This document shows positions 1 to 7,017 of a stretch of DNA of 19,751 nt, one piece after another. Numbering within the stretch: position 1 is the stretch's first letter; each line of letters begins with the position of its first letter. The notes below the pieces were generated by a model that ran no database searches, had not been told where the DNA came from, and saw only the letters and a list, made by a program, of their open reading frames with translations. The translations under genes were made by a program, and so were the position numbers. The stretch is taken from assembly GCA_038886995.1 (NCBI GenBank), contig JAWALG010000020.1:1-19751 (forward strand), given 5' to 3'. The stretch comes from Candidatus Iainarchaeum sp. (GTDB lineage Archaea; Iainarchaeota; Iainarchaeia; Iainarchaeales; DTGL01).

Positions 1-1949
1 GGTCAGGATCAACAACCGGTTTTGTTCAAAAACCGCATTATTGTGGTTCTTACGATGACATTGGTGCAATACATCTTAGTTCTGATGGGCAAAACATTAA
101 AAACCGGCTTGGGCAAGTAAATGCTGGGTGTGGTACTGAACCCTGGTGTGCACTCACGGAAAATGTATTGAATGATTCTGATTTCGGCTGGAGAAACCAG
201 CCAGACGTAGTAAAAGCTGTTTTGGTTATAACTGATGAGCCAGCCGACCAGTGCAATGGGGAAGGTATTGGCTATAGATGCACCGAGGCAGGCAACAAAC
301 TTCTTAGCGAAAATGCCTACTTTTTCGGAATAGTTGGTACTGCAATGCCAACAGAAGTAAAGGCAGATATGGATAAAGTGCTTAATGTTTCGAAGAAAGG
401 AGCCTATTATGATTACACTAGGGCAAACCAGATTCCTGCTAAGATAGTGGAAGCAATCAAATATATTATGGGCCAAGATGATTTTGTTGTTTCAAGGCAG
501 GAAGGCCCAAACTGGGATAACATTGGCTCAAACTTTGAGATTAAGAATGTTGCAAGAGATGGTGGTACAACAACCTTTAGCATAATCCTCCAGACGCCCC
601 AAACACATTCTGAAAGGGAGGTCTTTTTTAAGTATCAGCTCTACAAGAAAGATGACCAAAACCTGTACGATGATGCTTGGCTGAAGGTAATAATGAACCA
701 GCCGCCCACTGCACGAATTAGGGCCCTGAGCCCTACAACAGGTGATGTAAATTTAAGCGTCATTATGGACGCTTCGAGCTCAACAGATCCTGACGGTGAC
801 GCTGACATGAACAAATTTGACTGGAATTGTGGAAATGGGCAAAACTTCACTACTTACACTAAAGATGCACAAGTTAGCTGCGTTTATACTGAAAAAAACA
901 AAACTTACACAGTGCGTCTTACTGTTTATGACAAAGCAGGACAAAGTAGCTGGGATGAAATAACTGTTACGACAAATCCAAATAAACCACCTGAAAATGT
1001 AGCTATTGATGTTAATCCACCCAGCCCATACATGAACCAAATTGCTACCTTTACTGGATCAGCTAGCGATCCGGACGGATATATTGTAAACTACGAGTGG
1101 GACTTTGGAGATGGCACTAAAAAGAGCTGTCCTGATTGTTCAACAGTAAATCACGCTTATAGCAGCAAAAATACATTTCATGTAACACTTACAGTTACAG
1201 ATAACGATGGTGATACAGCCTTAGGAAGCGTCGATGTACCCATCGCAAATAGGGCACCTTCAAAGCCAGTGCTTTTTGCTAACCCAACAAGCGGTTTGGC
1301 GCCACTAACTGTTTTGTTTTCAATAAGAAACCTTGAAAATATAGACCCTGATGGAGACCCCATCTTTTGCTATATGTGGGATACAGGTGACTATATGTGG
1401 GATACAGGTGACGATACACAGATCACAGACTGTAATAGCAATAACTCTTCAATAAATTATGACTATAATTACGGTGGTGCTCAGTTTGATGCTCGATGTA
1501 AAGTAATGGACTCAGATGATGAGTGGTCTGAGTGGAGTGACCCGGTGCGTATTTCTACTTATGAAATTGAGGTTATGTATGACTTTGATGCAAAAGATGT
1601 CAATCTTGGCGGTAAAACAGAAGTAAAGGCCATTTGCACTGGAAGTATAAATGGTTCGCAGCTGAATATCAAGGTTAAACTTGATGGTAACATTCTATAC
1701 GACACTAATTCGCCTAGATGCGATGGCTCATATCACTTGGTTGACTACAATTTCCAAGAGCCAGGGTTCTATGTCATTGAGGCAGAAGTTCTCAACGCGC
1801 CAACAAGCTGCGTGAATTGCTCTGCTAGCGATTATATCTATATAGCAAGGTCTTACCCCCCAATTGTTGCTTCGGATAATAGTGTGCTTTTAGCCTTGGC
1901 AGTATTGGCGCTTGTTTTATCTCTTGCAAAAAAGGACAATAAAAAGTAG
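1..1949 (+). CDS. Membrane-anchored surface protein with a vWA domain and three PKD domains (5'-partial; begins before the window)
   Basis: The frame of ORF 168..1949 is open back to base 3 (SGSTTGFVQKPHYCG...), so 168 is not the true start. GWRNQPDVVKAVLVITDEP is the C-terminal half of a vWA fold. Three PKD-like repeats follow (NQPP..DASSSTDPDG..WNCGNG..VRLTVYD; NKPP..SASDPDG..YEWDFGDG..VTLTVTDNDG; NRAP..SGLAPLTVLF..DPDGD..WDTGD). It ends in a hydrophobic helix plus basic tail (VLLALAVLALVLSLAKKDNKK). Confidence 0.85.
   Translation, partial: SGSTTGFVQKPHYCGSYDDIGAIHLSSDGQNIKNRLGQVNAGCGTEPWCALTENVLNDSDFGWRNQPDVVKAVLVITDEPADQCNGEGIGYRCTEAGNKLLSENAYFFGIVGTAMPTEVKADMDKVLNVSKKGAYYDYTRANQIPAKIVEAIKYIMGQDDFVVSRQEGPNWDNIGSNFEIKNVARDGGTTTFSIILQTPQTHSEREVFFKYQLYKKDDQNLYDDAWLKVIMNQPPTARIRALSPTTGDVNLSVIMDASSSTDPDGDADMNKFDWNCGNGQNFTTYTKDAQVSCVYTEKNKTYTVRLTVYDKAGQSSWDEITVTTNPNKPPENVAIDVNPPSPYMNQIATFTGSASDPDGYIVNYEWDFGDGTKKSCPDCSTVNHAYSSKNTFHVTLTVTDNDGDTALGSVDVPIANRAPSKPVLFANPTSGLAPLTVLFSIRNLENIDPDGDPIFCYMWDTGDYMWDTGDDTQITDCNSNNSSINYDYNYGGAQFDARCKVMDSDDEWSEWSDPVRISTYEIEVMYDFDAKDVNLGGKTEVKAICTGSINGSQLNIKVKLDGNILYDTNSPRCDGSYHLVDYNFQEPGFYVIEAEVLNAPTSCVNCSASDYIYIARSYPPIVASDNSVLLALAVLALVLSLAKKDNKK
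1370..1411 (+). repeat. Perfect 21-bp tandem duplication (2 copies), in frame
   Basis: CTATATGTGGGATACAGGTGA at 1370-1390 and 1391-1411; encodes YMWDTGD twice. Confidence 0.97.
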
Positions 1950-1968
1950 AAGCTTTTTCAATTCAAAT

Positions 1969-2065
1969 CGCCGGGAGTGGGATTTGAACCCACGAGTGCT
2001 TTCGCACACCAGCTTTCTTGTAAAAAACTCAAGGCTGGCGCATTGGACCGCTCTGCCATCCCGGC
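1969..2065 (-). tRNA. tRNA-Ser(UGA) with a 13-nt intron at canonical position 37/38 (intron 2015-2027); CCA not encoded
   Basis: Minus strand reads GCCGGGA TG GCAGAGCGGTCCAATGC G CCAGC CTTGAG [TTTTTTACAAGAA] A GCTGG TGTGCGAAAGCACTC GTGGG TTCAAAT CCCAC TCCCGGC G. It has a 7-bp acceptor stem, long variable arm, G73 discriminator, anticodon TGA at 2031-2029 and a BHB motif (CTTG/CAAG helix). Confidence 0.95.
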
Positions 2066-2194
2066 ATCCTATTATTTAAACCCTTTAATGTTTTAATTTT
2101 TATGCCCTTTTTGCAAACCCCCCATAAAATCAAGCTTTAACTTAATAACTAAAAAAAGTTGTGTTTTTAAATTTTATCTTCCCTATTCTTTATT

Positions 2195-2557
2195 ATGATC
2201 GCTGACCTTATTTCATCAAACTCAAAGAATGGATTAAGCCTCAAAAATGCCATTGTGCTTATTCTTTGCATGGAATGGCCTCTTTCAGTTGCTCAAATAT
2301 ATAAGCGAATAATACGCGGCTATGGCATTGATTGCTCCTATCAAGCGGTTTTTAAGCAGGTCAGGGAACTTGAAAGCAACAATGTTCTCCTTAAAGAAGG
2401 GCGTGCATACCGCATAAATGAAGAATGGCTCAAGTCAGTAAACTCTTTTGTTACGCTTGTAATTTCAAAATACAAGGCAAACCCAAATGGCTGCATAGAA
2501 CTCAAAGCTGGCGACAATGTTCCAAGAATTGAGGTTTATGCTGGCAAGCGCTGCTGA
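2195..2557 (+). CDS. Winged helix-turn-helix protein, putative transcriptional regulator
   Basis: LKNAIVLIL..WPLSVAQIYKRI...SYQAVFKQVRELESNNVL.KEGRAYRINEEWL gives three helices plus a beta-wing, typical of wHTH domains. Confidence 0.75.
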   Translation: MIADLISSNSKNGLSLKNAIVLILCMEWPLSVAQIYKRIIRGYGIDCSYQAVFKQVRELESNNVLLKEGRAYRINEEWLKSVNSFVTLVISKYKANPNGCIELKAGDNVPRIEVYAGKRC

Positions 2558-2626
2558 AAGATAATGGAAATAGCTGAAGTATAAAAATCTGTTTTTTTTA
2601 GGCCTTAAATTATCTTTAAAATGTTT

Positions 2627-2727
2627 AAAATAGAAACAATAAGGCGTGAGGTGTATGAAGGGTAAGCCAGGGATCCGCTCGGCGGTATGACTTACCCCCT
2701 CACTCCCAACACTAATCTATACTTCCC
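2627..2727 (-). ncRNA. Candidate structured non-coding RNA (long imperfect hairpin), family unknown
   Basis: GC-rich island (40 of 65 nt G+C at 2643-2707 by hand count) in an AT-rich intergenic region. Nested helices are 2646-2651/2698-2703, 2660-2669/2688-2697, 2675-2678/2682-2685, 2642-2644/2705-2707, 2637-2641/2710-2714 and 2630-2634/2716-2720. Five plus-strand A-C mismatches become G-U pairs on the minus strand. Ends are approximate. Confidence 0.5.
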
Positions 2728-2769
2728 ATAAAATCATTAAATTAGTATTTGGTTTACAAAATAAACTTT

Positions 2770-2816
2770 AAAGGCGCTATATCTTTGCAATAGTAACTTT
2801 TTTCAGTGGCGCCTTT
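2770..2816. repeat. Inverted repeat just past the nnr stop codon; possible terminator or RNA end structure
   Basis: AAAGGCGC (2770-2777) and GCGCCTTT (2809-2816) are perfectly complementary; the stem extends to 11 bp on the plus strand with two U-G pairs. Confidence 0.45.
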
Positions 2817-4184
2817 TTAGAGCCATACTTCGCATATCTTTTTTGCTTCTGGAAGCTTTTCAATCAATTTTGTTGCATTAAGGCCTGAGCTTTTTTTTGC
2901 TATTAAGTCACCAGCTAGGCCTACCAAAAATGCTGCAGCAAGCGCTGAATCAAGCAATGGGTTTGTTGCTGCAAATGCAGCACAGACGCCTGCAAGCACA
3001 TCCCCGGTGCCGCCTGCGGTCATAAGTGCATTACCACTAAAGTTACAATAAATTGCCTTGCCATCGCTAATGTAGTCGATAGGCCCTTTGAGCAGAATAT
3101 TGCATTTGTACTTTTTAGCCATTTCCAGTACATTTTTTGGTGATGCTTCGCATCCGAAAAATCTTTTGAATTCTCCTCTATGCGGCGTGAGCAAGAACCT
3201 TTCGTTCAAGTACTTTTTGTTCAGTAAATCGAAGCCACTAGCGTCCATGACAAATTTTTTGCCGTTTTGGCTACTAAAAAGGAAATCAACCAACCTTTTG
3301 TTTTTTTTCGAATCACTTAGGCCAGGGCCTAATAGCACAACATCAGCTCTTTTGCAAAATCCATTGATATTTTTCCTATTAATCTCACCCACTATTAGCT
3401 CAGGTGAGGCCTTTTTAAGCACAGGTATGTTTTCGCGCTCACTCAGCAAAAAAACAAGGTCTGAGAACATTGAGGCTGCTTTGCCAGCATAAACTGCAGC
3501 ACCATGATATTGCTTTGATCCAGCAATTACAAGAATAATGCCATTGTCGCCCTTCTTACTTGCTTTGGTTCTCTGTGAAAGGTATTTTACATTTGCAGGC
3601 CCTGTGAAAAATAAAAATTCTTTTGGGATTCCAATGTCAAGAACAACAGCATTCTCACTTTTCTTAAATATAAAGGAGTATGTCCTCTCTGTTTTTACGC
3701 CATTACAAGGATACTCAATACTTACCTTTCGCGCTTTTGCATTAATTGCTTTTATTGCAGAATTTATTATTTGCGAGCTCCCACCTTCTTCTTCGTCTAA
3801 GCACTCTATTATTACTTCAGCGTCAATCTTCTTTGGAACCTGTGCAGAGTCCCGGCAATAATTTACAGGAAGAAAAGAGTTCGAGATAATTTTCAGATTA
3901 TGTATAAAATCAGGCCTTCGGCAGTGCTCAACATTCCCAAAAATGTAAAGTTTAGTGTTGTTGCTAGCTGCAATATGACGCGCCACTGAAAGGCCAAAAG
4001 AGCCTTTTCTACCAATACCACATAATATTGCTACGCTTCTGCCGGAACCAAAATCCCTTCCAAATTGTTCAGCAATTGCTTTGCCAGCCGCTTCTGTTAT
4101 CTGCAACCTGTCAAAGCCGTAATATAGGGCATTTTCCTCAATAATCTTCGCCTTTTTTAAAATTTCATTGTCTGTCTCTCGCAC
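2817..4184 (-). CDS. nnr: NAD(P)H-hydrate repair protein: YjeF_N domain (degenerate) fused to NAD(P)HX dehydratase
   Basis: Dehydratase motifs are intact: R..SKKGDNG, IAGSKQYHGA, GPGL, VMDA, LTPHRGEF, LLKG, GN..MTAGGTGDVLAG. The N-terminal part follows the YjeF_N layout. I moved the start from 4310 (which overlaps the PPase gene) to GTG 4184, about 25 nt downstream of a TATA-like TTTAAT at 4212-4207. Confidence 0.9.
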   Translation of the reverse strand: MRETDNEILKKAKIIEENALYYGFDRLQITEAAGKAIAEQFGRDFGSGRSVAILCGIGRKGSFGLSVARHIAASNNTKLYIFGNVEHCRRPDFIHNLKIISNSFLPVNYCRDSAQVPKKIDAEVIIECLDEEEGGSSQIINSAIKAINAKARKVSIEYPCNGVKTERTYSFIFKKSENAVVLDIGIPKEFLFFTGPANVKYLSQRTKASKKGDNGIILVIAGSKQYHGAAVYAGKAASMFSDLVFLLSERENIPVLKKASPELIVGEINRKNINGFCKRADVVLLGPGLSDSKKNKRLVDFLFSSQNGKKFVMDASGFDLLNKKYLNERFLLTPHRGEFKRFFGCEASPKNVLEMAKKYKCNILLKGPIDYISDGKAIYCNFSGNALMTAGGTGDVLAGVCAAFAATNPLLDSALAAAFLVGLAGDLIAKKSSGLNATKLIEKLPEAKKICEVWL

Positions 4185-4204
4185 AATGAAAATATTAAAG
4201 AAAA

Positions 4205-4222
4205 GGATTAAATACTTCTTGC
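4205..4222 (-). promoter_or_regulatory. Putative BRE/TATA promoter of nnr (leaderless spacing)
   Basis: Minus strand GCAAGAAGTATTTAATCC; purine-rich stretch followed by TTTAAT, 23-28 nt upstream of GTG 4184. Confidence 0.4.
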
Positions 4223-4263
4223 TTATACAATATATCATTTGATTTTTGCTATCAGGTGATTTT

Positions 4264-6441
4264 ATGCTCCTGCTGTTGTTAGTACCTTTCTTAGCCGCTT
4301 TTATAGGCATGCTGATAAGCTACTTGAATCATGCGCATGTCTCAAAGCAAAGCTCTGGAAATGAGCGCATGCAGGAGATCCAAAAGTACATTAGAGAGGG
4401 CGCATGGACATTTATGTTTAAAGAGGCAAAGGTTTTTGGCATAATATCGCTCTGTATTGCTGCTCTACTTTGGATCCTTTTTTACTGGGAGGTTGCTTTT
4501 GCATTTCTGCTAGGAGCTTCACTTTCAATGGCAGCTGGCTTCATAGGAATGAACACAGCAACAATTGCAAATGCGAAAGTAACTAATGCTGCGCAAAAGG
4601 ATGAACTGAAAGCATTTAAGATAGCAATTTCAGGCGGCAGCGTTATGGGCCTTGCAGTAGCATGCCTCGCTTTAATAGGCCTTGTCATCCTCATATTTGT
4701 TTTTTCGCACGAGTTTAATCCAGAGGTGCTTTACATTGAGTCAAAACCAGTTCCTTTTTTGAGCGACATTCTCGGGCGAAATGTAAACTTCATAAAGGCA
4801 GCCCTTATAGTGAGTGCTTATTCGATGGGGGCATCCTTTGTTGCGCTCATAGATCGTGTAGGTGGCGGCATTTACACGAAGGCAGCTGATATGGCTGCTG
4901 ACTTGGTTGGTAAAGCAGAAAAGCACCTGCCTGAAGATGACCCTAGAAATCCAGCCACAATTGCCGATAATGTTGGTGATAATGTCGGCGATGTCGGCGG
5001 CCTAGGTGCAGACCTTCTTGAGTCATTTGTTGGAGCCATAATTTCTGTTATTGTTATATCGCTCTATATGTATGTTGGCAGAGGTAACGCAGATATTTCA
5101 GGGCTTTTCTCAAAAATTGGTGTCTCGGATGCTTCTAGCGCATATTGGAACCTTTTGATGTTCCCACTTTTGATATGTGCTTCAGGCATTGTTGCTACAA
5201 TAATAGCAGTCCTATATATGCGCCTTCCAATTAAAAAGGCAGATCCTGAGAAGCTGCTCATGCATGGCCTTTGGATAAGCGCGATTTTAACCATGGCTTT
5301 TGTTTACATCATTAATTTTTACATGCCAATGAACCAAAACCTTTTTGTTTCAGTTATAATAGGTGCGGTAACAGGCCTTATAATTGGCTATGTTGCTGAA
5401 TATTATACTTCAAATAAATTCACCCCAGTAAAAAAGCTTGCTGATGAAATTGCCTCTGGTGCAGGTATTGGTATCACCGCAGGAATGGCTTTGGGGAAGA
5501 TGTCAACACTAATACCAGGCATTGTTGTTGCTGTGGCAATAATAGTAACCTACCAGTTAGCTGGGTTGCTTGGTGTTGCTTACGGTGCTTTAGGAATGCT
5601 TTCTTTTGTTGCCATGAATGTTAGCATTGACACTTATGGGCCTATTGCTGACAATGCAGGCGGAATTGCCCAAGGCGCAGAGCTGCCGCCAAAAGTTAGA
5701 AAAATAACAGATAAACTTGACGCAATTGGCAATACAACAGCAGCGGTTGGAAAGGGTTTTGCAATTGGCTCTGCTGCATTTGCAGCACTTGCTCTTATAG
5801 CTGCTTACCTATGGTCCGCTATTGGTTCTGCCCAAGAAGTTGTTATACCTGAGGTGTCAATCCTAAGCTCAAAGATAAACATAGGTGCTTCTGTAATTGC
5901 TGCGCTTTTTATCGGCGCAATGGTGCCTTATGTTTTTTCCGCAGTCCTTATACAGGCAGTTAGCGACACTGCAAACAAACTTGTAGAAGAAATAAAACGC
6001 CAGTTTAAAGAGAAGCCAGGGATACTGGAAGGCAAAGAGATTGCTGATTATAAAAAGTGCATAGCAATTACATCTGAAAGTGCCTTAAAAAAGCTACTTT
6101 TGCCAGCGCTAATTGCGCTCGTGATGCCTTTTGTAATTGGTTTTGTTCTTGGTAGGTATGCATTAGCAGGTTTTCTTATAGGTGGCTTATTGTCATGCAT
6201 GCAGCTTGCTGTCTATTGTGCAAACACCGGCGGTGCTCTTGACAATGCTAAGAAGTACATTGAAGAAGGCCATCATGGTGGAAAAGGTTCTGAAGCACAT
6301 GTGTCATCAGTAATAGGTGACACAGTCGGAGACCCTCTTAAAGACACCGTTGGGCCTTCACTCGATATATTGCTTAAGCTTATGTCCGTGGTTTCGATAC
6401 TTTTCGCATCACTATTCCCACTATATCCAATATTCTTTTGA
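4264..6441 (+). CDS. hppA: K+-dependent membrane-bound pyrophosphatase, probably Na+-translocating
   Basis: Signature motifs RVGGGIYTKAADMAADLVGK, EDDPRNPATIADNVGDNVGD, YGPIADNAGG, GNTTAA (Ala marks the K+-dependent class), DNAKKY and GDTVGDPLKDT, with many transmembrane segments. ATG 4264 is preceded by RBS AGGTGA (4254-4259). Confidence 0.96.
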   Translation: MLLLLLVPFLAAFIGMLISYLNHAHVSKQSSGNERMQEIQKYIREGAWTFMFKEAKVFGIISLCIAALLWILFYWEVAFAFLLGASLSMAAGFIGMNTATIANAKVTNAAQKDELKAFKIAISGGSVMGLAVACLALIGLVILIFVFSHEFNPEVLYIESKPVPFLSDILGRNVNFIKAALIVSAYSMGASFVALIDRVGGGIYTKAADMAADLVGKAEKHLPEDDPRNPATIADNVGDNVGDVGGLGADLLESFVGAIISVIVISLYMYVGRGNADISGLFSKIGVSDASSAYWNLLMFPLLICASGIVATIIAVLYMRLPIKKADPEKLLMHGLWISAILTMAFVYIINFYMPMNQNLFVSVIIGAVTGLIIGYVAEYYTSNKFTPVKKLADEIASGAGIGITAGMALGKMSTLIPGIVVAVAIIVTYQLAGLLGVAYGALGMLSFVAMNVSIDTYGPIADNAGGIAQGAELPPKVRKITDKLDAIGNTTAAVGKGFAIGSAAFAALALIAAYLWSAIGSAQEVVIPEVSILSSKINIGASVIAALFIGAMVPYVFSAVLIQAVSDTANKLVEEIKRQFKEKPGILEGKEIADYKKCIAITSESALKKLLLPALIALVMPFVIGFVLGRYALAGFLIGGLLSCMQLAVYCANTGGALDNAKKYIEEGHHGGKGSEAHVSSVIGDTVGDPLKDTVGPSLDILLKLMSVVSILFASLFPLYPIFF

Positions 6442-6498
6442 TTTCCAAAAAGTAAAATTTATTATAGTTAGCGCATTATTTTTATTAGGGTGCATACC

Positions 6499-7017
6499 TT
6501 GAAGGAGCTTAAAAACCTGCTCGGCGCATGCCAATCATGGGAAGAACACAAGAAAGTCATAGAGTCAGCCCTTTTTATAGCCCCCGGTGCTTTAAACATT
6601 GAAGAGCTTTCAAAGCTTCTTAACATAAAGCATACCCATATATTAGAAAAAATGTTGAATGAGCTCATCGAAGAATATAAGCAAAGAAATTCAAGTGTTG
6701 AGATATTCTGCCTTGATGGCACTTACCAGATGCGCGTGAAGCCAGAGTATGTTCAAAAGGTAAGGCACCTTGCTACAACTGCAGAATTAAACAAAAGCAT
6801 TCAGAGAACGCTTGCACTAATTGCAGTCAAAGAACCAATAAAGCAGTCATTGGTTGTGAAATACCGGAATAATAAGGCATACGAGCATATAAAGTTCCTA
6901 CTTGAAAAGCAGTACATTGAGAGGGAAAAACAAGGTAGGACATTTGTTCTGAAAACAACAGAGAAGTTCCGGCAGTGTTTTGGAGAGATCAAACAGATAC
7001 AGCAAGCCCAACAATAA
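6499..7017 (+). CDS. scpB: SMC-Scp complex subunit ScpB (kite, tandem winged helix)
   Basis: IESALFIA, L.EEY....S.VEI, YQMRVKPEY, ELNKSIQRTLALIAVKEPIKQS, HIKFLLEKQYI, GRTFVLKTTEKFRQCFG. Start is probably TTG 6499 (RBS GGGTG at 6488-6492) rather than GTG 6490. Confidence 0.9.
   Translation: MKELKNLLGACQSWEEHKKVIESALFIAPGALNIEELSKLLNIKHTHILEKMLNELIEEYKQRNSSVEIFCLDGTYQMRVKPEYVQKVRHLATTAELNKSIQRTLALIAVKEPIKQSLVVKYRNNKAYEHIKFLLEKQYIEREKQGRTFVLKTTEKFRQCFGEIKQIQQAQQ

Noticed and set aside
2549..2720. wHTH gene ends Cys-TGA with a hairpin downstream, suggesting selenocysteine readthrough with a SECIS
   Set aside because: Readthrough adds only KIMEIAEV. The hairpin has AUGA but no opposing GA (eukaryote-type) and no GAA/A internal loop (archaeal type), and its G-U polarity favours the opposite strand.
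2627..2727. Hairpin as SRP RNA, C/D or H/ACA guide, ribozyme or CRISPR repeat
   Set aside because: No SRP helix-8 GNRA loop with CAGG/AGCAG, no RUGAUGA plus CUGA pair or K-turn, no two-sided pseudouridylation pocket, no hammerhead core, and no repeat-spacer periodicity.
1950..2816. tRNA-anchored integrated element
   Set aside because: No integrase or transposase, and no duplicate of the tRNA 3' end seen in the window; the wHTH and hairpin lie on the tRNA's 5' side.
4185..4310. Long N-terminal extension of nnr overlapping hppA head-to-head
   Set aside because: The extension crosses an AT-rich divergent promoter; starts at GTG 4184 and ATG 4264 remove the overlap and have promoter or RBS support.
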